From Octopus sinensis (Eukaryota), in the NCBI RefSeq assembly GCF_006345805.1, contig NC_043022.1:3720001-3784000 (forward strand): a DNA stretch of 64,000 bases, given 5' to 3'. A program made the translations under genes and the position numbers. Shown piece after piece: positions 52,794 to 64,000 of this stretch. Each line of letters begins with the position of its first letter. Position 1 is the stretch's first letter. The notes beneath the pieces are model-generated. The model made no database searches. It saw only the letters and a list, made by a program, of their open reading frames with translations, and was not told where the DNA came from.

Positions 52794-53040
52794 TAGATAG
52801 ATAGATAGACAGAGATAGATAGACAGATAGATAGATAGATAGACAGACAGATAGACAGACAGACAGACAGACAGATAGATAGATAGATAGACAGATAGAT
52901 AGATAGACAGATAGATAGACAGACAGATAGACAGATAGACAGATCGATAGACAGATAGACAGAGACAGACAGACAGACAGACAGACAGATAGAGAGACAG
53001 ACAGACAGACATATAGATAGATAGATAGATAGATAGATTA
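52485..53040. repeat. Compound (GATA)n/(GACA)n microsatellite; also 63040-63240
   Basis: Directly visible. Confidence 0.95.
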
Positions 53041-54124
53041 CTGAGAGACAGATAGAAAGTACATTGTGATGAAGGTAAGGTGATAATTTAGTGAAGTCGG
53101 TCGAAGGGTGGATCTGCCTCTTTGCTCAAATGAAGACAGGAAAGAGAAAATATATAAACATAAATACATCTATACATGTGCACGTTTAAACACACACGCA
53201 AATATAAATAGATGTGTATACATCCGCATCTAAACACACACATACAGGTGTAAGTAACTGTAAACAATCATACTAGCTCGAATGGACATACACCAAGATA
53301 TAGACGTACACATACACACGTGTACGGATAAACACACACGCATAGGTGTAAATAAAGGTAGATATACAGAACGTGTGCGTATAAACATACACACAGTTGT
53401 AAATACATGTATACACACCTACAGAGGTGTGAATTTAAAAAAAAGCACGCGCACACAGGTATAATGTATACACATATATACACAGGTGTAATTAAATATA
53501 CGCGCATACAAAGTTGTAATTAACGTGAGCACACAAAGGTGAGAAAATGAATACAAAAAATATACATAGAGGTAAGGAATACACACGCATACACAGGTGT
53601 ACATAAATATATAAACACGCAAAGTTGTCAATGTGCGCGCATACACACAGAGAAGGGCGTAAATATATATATATATATACACACACACAAAATTTTAGAT
53701 TAATGTACGAACAGGTGTGAAAATGTACACACAAACAAATGTGTAAATATATATACACACGCACACACAGATGTATAGATTCATACATACATACGTAAAG
53801 AAATATATTTCTTATACACACAGATGTGTATATATAGAGATGTAAATAATATATATACACGCGCACACAGATGTATAGATTCATACATACATACATACGT
53901 AAATTAATATACACGCTCACACAGATGTGTATAGAAACATAGCGATGTAAATAATATATATATATACACACACACACGTAAATGTAAATAAATATACACG
54001 CGCGCACACACAAACACGTGAATTAACGTACATACATCCAGGTGTAACTAAAATACACGCTCACAGATGCGTAAGTATACATACAGGTATAAAAAAAAAG
54101 TAGACACGCATACATAGACGTGTG

Positions 54125-54163
<39 letters not shown>

Positions 54164-54212
54164 CATATATATATATATATTATATATACATATATATATA
54201 TTATTATACATA

Positions 54213-54244
<32 letters not shown>

Positions 54245-54360
54245 CATACATACATACATACATAGGAAGAAACACAAATAAGAATAAATTTTAAGAACAA
54301 CGATTAAAAGTTACAAAACAAATCTGTCAGGTAAATTATTAATTACTTTTGTTTCCATAC

Positions 54361-54503
54361 CTGAGGAATTCCTGGAGACAAACATCACAGAACCTGTGTC
54401 CACAAGTTGTGATAACTACGGGATCCTTCATAGGAAGACGGCACAGGGGACAGATACAGCGCCGACTTAGTTTATTGACGAAAGATAAATTATATCCAGG
54501 CAT
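54361..54503 (-). CDS. TRAF4: TRAF4 (TNF receptor-associated factor 4), first coding exon, RING finger N-terminal part
   Basis: Manual translation from ATG at 54503 gives MPGYNLSFVNKLSRRCICPLCRLPMKDPVVITTCGHRFCDVCLQEFL+AG, then a donor AG|GTATGG at 54360. This closely parallels human TRAF4 MPGFDYKFLEKPKRRLLCPLCGKPMREPVQVSTCGHRFCDTCLQEFLS (recalled from memory), with C18/C21/C34/H36/C39/C42 at the same positions. The exon is 143 nt with a phase-2 end. An in-frame TAA lies 2 codons upstream of the ATG. Confidence 0.92.
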
Positions 54504-54585
54504 TATTTAGTATTGGTGCCACTGGTAATTTTTAACCAAAATATCACTTTGGGATTTTCAAAATTATTATTATTGTTGTATAATA

Positions 54586-54810
54586 GTCAGTTGTTAATTA
54601 TATCTTCCAGGCTGAAATCCTAGAATACATATATATACATATATATATATGTGTGTGTGGGGGTCAGTTGTTAATTATCTCTTCCAGGCTGAAATCCTAG
54701 AATACATATATATACATATATATGTGTGGGTGGGGGGGTCGGTTGTTAATTATCGCCTCCAGGCTGAAATCCTAGAATACATATATATACATATATATAT
54801 GTGTGTGTGT
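54586..54810. repeat. Three tandem copies of a 75-77-bp unit upstream of the TRAF4 ATG
   Basis: GTC(A/G)GTTGTTAATTAT...CCAGGCTGAAATCCTAGAATACATATATATAC at 54586, 54663 and 54738. Confidence 0.9.
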
Positions 54811-55232
54811 GTTGGATTGTAAACTTCGAAGAGGGTTAACCTTAAGTTTTGTTATTAAATATACAAAGGCAACCGATTTATGTTAAAATTATTTAAAAAA
54901 GATTTGATATACATATGCAATAAATAATTGGTATCTCATACGATGAAATTCTTTTAAATAACTGTTTAATTACGAAATGTAATGAATTAAGACTGTAAAA
55001 AATGTGTACTTTGCGTCGGTAATCCGTCAACGTTTAATAATTGAGTTACGAAAAACATCTTTGTTTTTGCTTTTGGTGGGGGGTTCATACGAATATATTT
55101 GATATCATCCCGGTATGTATAAATAAATATATCCTCTGTAATTATTTATTTTATACACACACAATATATATATATTGGTTTCGTAACGAAAACTTAAGGT
55201 CTGTCTCATCAGTTAGGCATTAAAGTTCATAC

Positions 55233-55540
55233 CTGTGGTTGGCATTGATATATATGTATCTATATATATCTAATATCTCCCCCACCACTGGCCGAAATTG
55301 CGATAGCTGTAAGGTAAACCAGGTAGGTATGTATGTATAAATATGTTTTAAGCAGTCATAAATATAAACCCCGGCATGTTTTTTTCTATACTCTGTAGGA
55401 GATAAAGGCTTCCTTCCCTACGACTGACGACTGACTGTCGCTACTTTTTCGCTGCCTGTTGAGTTGGTTTCTCTACTGACATCCTTCCACCCCTCTCTCT
55501 GGACGAAACTACTTACGAGCTGCTACGTCACTTGAGAGAG
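55233..55540 (-). promoter_or_regulatory. Putative TRAF4 5'UTR exon / TSS region
   Basis: Strong minus-strand donor CAG|GTATGA at 55232, about 730 bp upstream of the ATG. The unique, relatively CpG-rich sequence at 55400-55540 is consistent with a promoter or first exon. The 5' boundary is a guess. Confidence 0.4.
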
Positions 55541-56160
55541 GGGAAAACTTAAGTACTTCGTTTTAATTGAGAAAATAATGAAAATAAAAATAAAATAACA
55601 TTAAAAAAAACTACTCCACTTCCTCGTGATACCCTGTTGTGCTGTTATTATTATTATACCTCTTAGGGTTGATGGGGGTACCTGCCCTCAAAAACTGCTG
55701 GTCCTGTGCTTCTGTCAGAAACCGTTATGGTATTATTAACATCGGACAAAATGTTTAACAGCATTTCGCCCGTCTTTAAGTTCTGTGTTCAAATTCCACC
55801 GAGGTCGACTTTATTTTTCATTCATTCGGGGTTGATAAAATAAGTACCTGCTAAACACTAGGGTTCGATGTAATCGACTCGTCCTCTCCTTTCAAAAGCT
55901 TCTTCTGGCCCTGTGCCAAAATTTGAGGAAGGGTGGTAAACTGGGAGAACTGCTTGCTCGCTGGATAAAGTGCTTAGAGGCATTTCGTCCGTTTCCGACG
56001 TGGTCGGCTTTGCCTTTCATCCTCTCGGGGTCGATAAATAAGGTACCAGTGAAACACTGGGGTCGATGTAATCGACTAGCCTCTCCCACAAATTTAAGGC
56101 CTTATCCTTTAGTAGAAAGGATTATTATTACCATTATTATTATTATTATTATTACTATTA

Positions 56161-56215
<55 letters not shown>

Positions 56216-56402
56216 GGCAGAATCGTTAGCACGCTGGACGTCGTTACTTTCTGAGTTCAAATTCCACCGAGGTCGACTTTGCCTTTCATCCTTTCGGGGT
56301 CGATAAATTAAGTACCAGTTACGCACTGGGGTCGATGTAATCGACTTAGCCCCTTCCCCCAAATTTCAGGCCTTGAGCCTATAGTAGAAAGGATTATTAT
56401 TA

Positions 56403-56475
<73 letters not shown>

Positions 56476-56744
56476 AAGTAGTAGTATTTAAAAATTAAAT
56501 AGAAGAAAAGAACGGAAAAGTGAACTAAGTTGTAGGTAGGTCCTTGCGTGGGAGTGTTTTGTAAGGTATGAAGTAAGCAGGCAACATTTCTAAGGCGACC
56601 TTGTCATACACACACACATGGGTTTTCCTGAAGCATATTCTCCAATATTATAGAAATAGTGTATGAGAGTTCTGGTGAAGCTCTTCACTTATACACACAC
56701 ACACACACACAATATCTTTCCTCTCTCTCTCTCTCTCTCTCCTC

Positions 56745-56827
<83 letters not shown>

Positions 56828-57081
56828 CTATTATATATATATATATATATATTATATATTACACATATATATATATAACACAACAGAACGGACTTTGTCA
56901 GTGAAAGGTCGCGGATTTTAGCGACGAAAATATTTTGACAATTAAACTTAAATGTTGAAGGGAATCGAACGGCTTTTGTGTGTTTCTTAAATGGCTTATA
57001 ACACCTTCCACGCTGCAATTGTTTTCGTTTTCAGCACACGATCTCAGATCAAATACTTGCTATGCGAGTACATCTCCGTAA

Positions 57082-57155
<74 letters not shown>

Positions 57156-57299
57156 TAACAATATAGGATGAAGTCCCTTTCTCTACAGAAAAGGATTCCA
57201 TCAAAAAGCGTGGCAGTATATTAAAAAAAAACTTTACGGTTAAAGTATAAACAGCCCTTAATTATAAGATGTTTATATATATATAATATATATATATTA

Positions 57300-57500
57300 T
57301 ATAGTTAATCCAAACATGAAAACACAACAACGCGAGGACGTGGAACAAATATAGTATTATTGGACGCTCAGGAAGGAAGGGAAGAAGGAGGGTTTAACGT
57401 TTCGAGCGGAGCTCTTCCTCGGAAACACAGGAAAAGGGAAGATCCAGAGAAGGGAAGACGGAGGGAAAAAAATCGCCAACGGTACACACGCGGTCGTGTG
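57300..57500 (-). mobile_element. Penelope-type terminal-repeat fragment with hammerhead-like motif (second family)
   Basis: The minus strand reads GTTT-CCGAGGA-A-GAGC-TCC-GCTC-GAAAC-GTT-AAAC at 57426-57392. It is followed by TTCCTGAGCG...ATAATAC, similar to the 7085 element. Confidence 0.6.
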
Positions 57501-57621
57501 TGTATGTATGTATAACTCAACAGAGAAGCAACTTCGTGAAACTCAACTTTTTCTCTGTGAACGTCACACACAAACACACATGCACAGACAGACACACACA
57601 CACATGGTTATATATATATAT

Positions 57622-57924
57622 ACTAGCAGTATCGCCCGGCGTTGCTCGGGTTTGTAAGGGAAATAATTATATAAGCATTTTTAGAGAGTTACTTCCTTTA
57701 TATAATAGCAAAAAAATGCATTAAAAATGGGAAAAAATTATGGTAATTTTTTTTTTAGTCGTAGACTCATCGTAGACGCGCGCTAATACCCAGAAGGGCT
57801 CGATATGAATCACGACTATAAGATACCCGGTTTTGGTTAAACTGCACCGCAAAATGTGGGAGTAGTTAGGAATCTAAATCGTAGGAGACAGACAGCACAC
57901 AACTTCACTTTTATATATAAAGAT
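57622..57924 (+). mobile_element. Helentron/Helitron-type non-autonomous element (HINE/DINE-like)
   Basis: Starts ACTAGCAGTATCGCCCGGCGTTGCTCGGG (short hairpin) and ends GACAGACAG...TTTTATATATAAAGAT, inserted in a TA-rich site. This is the typical HINE architecture. Confidence 0.7.
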
Positions 57925-58036
57925 ATATATATATCGATACACACAGACGCGCACGCACACATATTCTCGTGTTTCAGTCCGCGAGATGTGGCCATGCTGG
58001 GTCACCGGCATTGTGCGCGTGTGTGTATGTATGTGC

Positions 58037-58118
<82 letters not shown>

Positions 58119-58647
58119 GTACATGTATGTACGTATATATATGTTCACCCACACTTACCTACACACCTCACAGAAGATAAAGAGTGTCTTATGACTTTTG
58201 TTCAAATGACAGAAATCAAATATTGAAATCCCTGACATAAAGTCAATAAGTGCCTTAAAATATGATGAAAGTGTATCAATGACAATGTGTCTTATAGAAA
58301 CAATGGCTGCCGTCACGATGACGACGACGATGACGATGATGATGGTCGTGGTAATGACGATGTTGATGATGATGATGATGGTGATTGTAGTGGGTACGAT
58401 GGTGATGATGATGGTAGTGGCGGTGGTGGTGGTGGTGTTGGTGGTGGTAGTTGCAGTAATGGTGGGACGATGGTGGTAGTGGTTGGGAGGTGGTGGTGGT
58501 GATGGTGGTGGTGGTGGTGAACTCTGACATTAGAGTAGAGAAAGAAGTATTCTCGACTAATAATATTTTCTTATTATTTAGTCCAGATCAACCCTAATCA
58601 AGCAAAACTCCAATCCCCCAAAGGCCATTCCAACCATTAACAAAGTA

Positions 58648-59161
58648 CCGTAAATCCTCGAGTATAATCCGCATTTCCCCCAAAAAAATTTAAAGGTAAA
58701 AATCCCTAGTGCGTATTATACACGAGGTTAAAAATGAAAATTATTTTCTAAGGTATGTCCGAGTCTCTATTTGCCGTCCGGCAATGTTTATTCAGACGCA
58801 TTTTGTGATGTCGAATGCGAAAATACCTTAAGCTAAGCCTGAAAGCAATGAAGTCATAAAAGAATCATCCATAACTTGCAGAAAGCAACAGTTATTAAAC
58901 GTTATTACTGTTATTTCTTTATTTTCTGCAAACAAAATGCACAAAAAAGCTACACGTTTGCATTATGTTATATATACAATAATAATAAAGGACGTTACTC
59001 TATACATTTTTACAAAACCAAGAACGTCATATAGACCTCATTGGCTCAAGTTAGAGAAGGGATGCGTATTATACACAAGGTTTAGCATTTTCAGAGGTAC
59101 AGCCCCTTAAAAACCACCTGCATATTATACTCAAGGGCTTACTATACCCGAGGATTAACGG
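58648..59161. mobile_element. pogo/Tigger-type (Tc1/mariner superfamily) MITE
   Basis: TA|CCGTAAATCCTCGAGTATA ... TATACCCGAGGATTAACGG|TA: imperfect TIRs with a TA TSD and internal repeats of GCGTATTATAC. Confidence 0.75.
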
Positions 59162-59384
59162 TATTTGTATAGAAGTATGTATGTCTAATAAGTCCATTCT
59201 CGTGATTCGAGGGAGGTTTGGTTGCTCTTTTCCGTTGTTTCCCACATTTCAAAATGAAATGAAATGATTGAAACACAACCTGTGTATTATTTCTCAATTA
59301 TTTCAACCAATTTCCCCCGCAAAAGTTTACTGTGCTAACAATTCACTTTATCTTTATTCTATCGGCGTCTTTTAGTAATCTACA

Positions 59385-59680
59385 ATTACTACATGACTTC
59401 AGGAAACATTTTTTCACGCTGAGAGTTGCTGAAGCATGGAACAAACTGCCGGCATCGGTTGTTAGTTGTCGGAGCACTGCATCCTTCAAGACTTCCATGC
59501 TTCCTGAGATTCGCCAACACTACACTTGATTTTCTCCCCTCCATACACACACAAGCATGTATCTGACTCATACATTGTTCACTTCCCAGACATTTTTACA
59601 TTACTGCATGTACTTTATATGCACTGTCTGACAAGTTGTGGTGCACCTGAACACTGTATACAATAATTTCATTATTATTA
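59385..59680 (+). mobile_element. CR1/L2-type LINE 3' end fragment
   Basis: LHDFRKHFFTLRVAEAWNKLPASVVSCRSTASFK matches the C-terminal RKxFFxxRVVxxWNxLP motif of CR1/L2 ORF2. It is followed by a 3'UTR and an (ATT)n tail. Confidence 0.8.
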
Positions 59681-59769
59681 AACGTGTCCTCCCTTATCAG
59701 GATAGAAAAGTGTAATATGAGTGAGATGTGGCTGCTATTTCTAATACGTCAAGCGACAGCATAGAGGCA

Positions 59770-61020
59770 GTAATAAATGGTTTCAAATTTTAGCACAACG
59801 CCAGCAATTCGAGGGCGTGGGTAAGTCGTCGATTACATCAACCTCAGTTCTCTACTGTTACTTATTTTATTGAACCCCAAAGGATGAAAGCAAAGTGGAC
59901 TTCGGCGGAATTTGAACTCGGAACGTAAAGACGGACGAAATGCCGCTGAGCGTTTTACCTGGCAGGTTAATGATTCTGTCAGCTTGCTGCCTTTTGCCTC
60001 CTTAATAATTATTTCTGCTCTAGGTACAAAGCCTTGAAAATTTTTTTTTGGGGGGGGGGGGCTAGTCGATTATATCGACCCCAGTGTTTCAATGGTACTT
60101 ATTTCATCGACCCCGAAAGGATGAAAGGCCAAAGTCGACCAGGGTGGAATTTGAACTTAGAACGTAGCGGCAGACGAAATACCTATTTCTTTATTACTCA
60201 CAAGGGGCTAAACACAGAGGGGACAAACAAGGACAGACAAACGGATTAAGTCGATTACATCGACCCCAGTGTGTAACTGGTACTATATTTATCGACCCCG
60301 AAAGGATGAAAGGCAAAGTCGACCTCGGCGGAATTTGAACTCACAACGTAACGCAGACGAAATACCGCTGAGCATTTCGCCCACCGTGCTAACGTTTCTG
60401 CCACTTTGCCGCCTTTCGCCTCCTTAATAATTATTTCTTTATTGCCCACAGGGGGCTAAACATAGAGGAGATAAACAAGGACAAACGGATTAAGACGATT
60501 ACATCGACCCCAGTGCGTAACTGGTACTTAATTTATCGACCCCGAAAGGATGAAAGGCAAAGTCGACCTGGGTAGAATTTGAACTCAGAACGTAACACCA
60601 GACGAAATACCTAATTCTTTACTACCCACAAGGGGCTAAACATAGAGGGGACAAACAAGGACAGACAAACGGATTAAGTCGATTATATCGACCCCAGTGC
60701 GTAACTGGTACTTAATTTATCGACCCCGAAAGGATGAAAGGCAAAGTCGACCTCGGCGGAATCTGAACTCACAACATAACGGCGGACGAAATACCGCTAA
60801 GCATTTCGCCCGGCGTGCTAACGAGTCTGCCACTTTACTACTTTTCGCCTCCTTAATAATGATAATGATTTTTCCTACTTTAGGCACAAGGCCTGACATT
60901 TTGAGGAAAAGAGTTGAGTCAATTACATTGACTCCAGTACTTCTCTGGTATTTTATTTTATCGACTCCGAAAGGACGAAAGGCGAGGTCGACCTGGGCGA
61001 TATTTGAAGCAAAAACGTAA
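59770..61020 (-). mobile_element. SINE family B array (about 6 units in several multimers)
   Basis: Repeated GACCCCGAAAGGATGAAAGGCAAAGTCGACC...GAATTTGAACT units with linkers. Confidence 0.85.
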
Positions 61021-61090
61021 TGAGTGAAAAGAAATTGTTGTTAAGCAATTTTTCAACTCGTCATCTTCACCGCCTTAATAATAATTAATG

Positions 61091-61528
61091 GGCAATCTTT
61101 CGTCTCTAGTAGACTTTTCCGTCGATTTCCGTAAAAAATTTTTGTTTTTTTACAAATGGGCTTGCGGGAACTTTTGAAGTAATGAGAGCGAAAGAGCCTA
61201 AGAGAAAGCGATTGTATGACGAGGGAAGTTCTTTTGAAGTTACCGTGGCATGGAAGCATTGATGTACATGTGTGTGTGTGTGTGTGGTGTGTGTGTGTTG
61301 TGTTGAGGGGTGTGGGAGACAGACAGTATGTTCTGTAGTGAAGTGCTTCTGTTAGTGTGTGTGAAGAGACAGTATAATGTGTGAAAGAGAGAGATAACTG
61401 GAATTTTTTACTCGGTGTATGTGTATATGTATGTATATTACTTCAAAAGTTCCCGCAAGCCCATATGTAAAAAAAAAAAAAATTTTACGGAAATCGACGG
61501 AAAGGTCTACTAGAGACGAAAGATCGCC
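61091..61528. mobile_element. Merlin-like MITE, copy 2 (opposite orientation to copy 1)
   Basis: Same TIRs and the reverse-complemented interior of 50286-50710. 8-bp TSD AATTAATG at 61083-61090 and 61529-61536. Confidence 0.75.
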
Positions 61529-62101
61529 AATTAATGATAACAATAGTAATAAACTGGTCGGTAACGCGAGCATAAAGTTACGCAATCCTCCCCGACGACT
61601 CCGAAAATGGAACAGTCCATTATTGAAGTCAGCGAGGAAATCCCCGTCAGATTACGTCACCAACGTCTTCCTCTACAGAGAACTGTTTTTAAACGTCACT
61701 TGGTCGAGTTCAAAAGAAAACAAATCTACATCGAACTTTCTTGTGACATTCTTTTCTCTGTTATGTTTCCACTCCTTTATCTTTTGTGCTGTTGTAGCTT
61801 TTTTTAAACACAGTTAAATAGAATCAGCCGGGTTTACGAAGTACAGAGATACCGCGCAGTACGAGTTTAATTCGTTCCCTGACTGAGCTCGTCTTAACGA
61901 TTTACTCGTTTTACAAATCAGTTTTTCCCAATGAAATTAACTAAAATATAATTAATCCGTTCCAGCCCACAAAAAAACCCACTCAAAAATAATTTTTTAT
62001 GGGTTTTAAAACAGAAAAGGTGTAGTTACAAGTAAAATGACAATTATAGAAAAAAGAGAATGCAAAAGAAATATGTAAACTGGTTTTATTCACTGAATTA
62101 C

Positions 62102-62218
62102 CTGAAAGATGGGACGATTTGTCTGCTCGTACTGCGGATTTCTGATCGCACTTCGAGACAAACATTCGCACGAGTCTCGGCTCGTACAGAAAATTACTCG
62201 TACAACGGGGCACTCATA
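62102..62218 (-). other. Candidate upstream (probably non-coding) exon, same strand as TRAF4
   Basis: Acceptor CCTTTTCTTACCTCGCAG| and donor TTTCAG|GTAATT bracket 117 nt of unique CpG-rich sequence. One frame is open (YECPVVRVIF...RPIFQ) but has no recognised homology. Confidence 0.35.
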
Positions 62219-62848
62219 CTGCGAGGTAAGAAAAGGTTTTAAAGAGTTTAAGGAGAGTCGAATCAGCAAATTTGTCGGCCCAGGATTATAGTAGAAGACA
62301 CTAACCTAAAGTGACACGCTGTGAGACTGAACCTGGAATCATATGGTCGGAAAGCAAACTTCTTAACCACAGCAGCCATTCTTGCGCCTACATTTCCTTT
62401 AGATGTGCGAATGTGTTTCTAAACTGCCCTTTGAAAATATGTGTATGTGTATACACGCATACATACATATATACATATATACACACATGGAATCTTGAGA
62501 AATTAGGCTTTTCAAAACCCAAAAGGAGAAAGATAATTCGAAGACTACAGATCCCATCCATCACTGGAACTGTAAAAATCTGTAAAACTTTCCAGAAGTT
62601 TATCGTCTAAATATATATGAGCATGTCTAGATATGCAACTATATTGCATGAGGATGCATACATAAAACAAAACATATAAATCTGCACATATACATACATA
62701 CATACATACATACATACATACATACATACATACATACAAAAATACACTGTTGTTGATGTTGAAATTCCAATGAAGGAGGCTTGGATCTCGGTTAAATACC
62801 GGCTCTTTCTCTATTGGCAAGAAATCTTGAAATAAAATTGAATAATGG

Positions 62849-62898
<50 letters not shown>

Positions 62899-63155
62899 AA
62901 AAATTACTGACAAAAATTACGTCATATATTTTTAACAAGTTGGTCGTGGCAGTCAGCGACCGATGTATACAAAACGAAATTATTTCCTCATTTTATACTG
63001 TTTATATATATATAATATATATATATAATATATATATAGCGATAGAGAGAGAGAGAGAGAGAGAGAGGTAGATAGATAGGTAGATAGATAGATAGATAGA
63101 TAGATAGATCGATAGATAGATAGATAGATAGATAGTAGATAGATAGATAGGGATG

Positions 63156-63212
<57 letters not shown>

Positions 63213-63464
63213 GTAGGTACGTAGGTAGATAGATAGATTGGTATATAGATCCCAAATTTAGGAGTGGACCAGGTAGTGGTTGCTAACTGAGCGAAAGATA
63301 TAACTCTGAGTTTATCGAATTTCCTCGTAACTTCGATGTGGGAAAAAGTGTGTGAATTTCGATGGCAATGAACTGTTGTGGTTCCTTTTTTCTTTAAACC
63401 TTTGACATGCTGCTTCAAGCTTACAAACTGCCTACTCTCGGATGCTTGGATCTTACCCTTGTGT

Positions 63465-63521
<57 letters not shown>

Positions 63522-63825
63522 CGTCCATACATACATAGATATGTGTGGGTATGTATGTATATATCTATGTATGTATGTATGTATGTATGTATGTATGTGT
63601 GTGTATGTATGTATGTATGTATGTATGTATGTGTGTATGTATGTATGTGTGTATGTATGTATATATCTATGTATGTATGTATGTGTGTATGTGTGTATGT
63701 ATGTATGTATGTATGTATGTATGTATGATGTATATATCTATGTATGTATGTATATGTATGTGTGTATGTATGTATGTATGTATGTATGATGTATATATCT
63801 ATGTATGTATGTATATGTATGTGTG

Positions 63826-63856
<31 letters not shown>

Positions 63857-63983
63857 TGTGTGTGTGTATGTATGTATGTATGTATGTATGTATGCATGCG
63901 CAGGAGAACGCGACCCTTCCACGGAAAACGAAAGAGTAGGTGCTCCAGTCTGGCCAGATGTGTCCTGGGGCAATACACAAGTA

Positions 63984-64000
63984 CGAGGTCTGATCAATAA
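63984..64000 (+). mobile_element. Possible start of a mariner-type TIR at the window edge
   Basis: TA|CGAGGTCTGATCAATAA resembles mariner TIRs (TACGAGGxxxxTCAAAAAGT). Only 17 bp are visible. Confidence 0.4.

Larger units (their letters stand above)
45820..56400. mobile_element. SINE family B copies at about 45820-46330 (-), 49020-49120 (+), 55735-56400 (+); also 8161-8315 (+)
   Basis: Family motifs with (ATT)n/(AGT)n tails. Confidence 0.75.

Noticed and set aside
61607-61807. 66-aa ORF MEQSIIEVSEEIPVRLR...
   Set aside because: No homology or splice support; probably chance in a CpG-rich region.

Overview
This is repeat-dense, AT-rich animal genomic DNA. Its SINE families and microsatellite load look like a coleoid cephalopod, probably Octopus (recognised by pattern, not by a database search). 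The only protein-coding sequence I can identify with confidence is the first coding exon of TRAF4 (minus strand, 54503-54361, MPGYNLSFVNKLSRRCICPLCRLPMKDPVVITTCGHRFCDVCLQEFL, most of the RING finger). It is too short to appear in the ORF track. I found no further TRAF4 exon down to base 1, so about 54 kb of the window appears to be intron 1; a 100-N gap at 2472-2571 is a caveat. The rest is transposon-derived or simple-repeat DNA: three or four tRNA-derived SINE families (about 50 copies and fragments), RTE and CR1/L2 LINE 3' ends, piggyBac-, pogo/Tigger- and Merlin-like MITEs, Helentron-type elements, Penelope-type repeats with hammerhead-like motifs, and many mini- and microsatellites. Almost all ORFs in the track are repeat artefacts. 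The most interesting observations are: (1) a full-length U6 snRNA copy fused to a full-length SINE inside a shared degenerate 16-bp TSD (U6-SINE chimera); (2) an RTE insertion with a precise twin-priming 5' inversion; (3) variant hammerhead motifs; (4) one SINE family whose GGTGCCAC module seeds minisatellites of different periods; (5) a triplicated candidate splice acceptor just upstream of the TRAF4 ATG; (6) a candidate 24-nt poison microexon in TRAF4 intron 1. Coordinates of repeat copies are read by eye and are approximate unless TSDs or TIRs are quoted.
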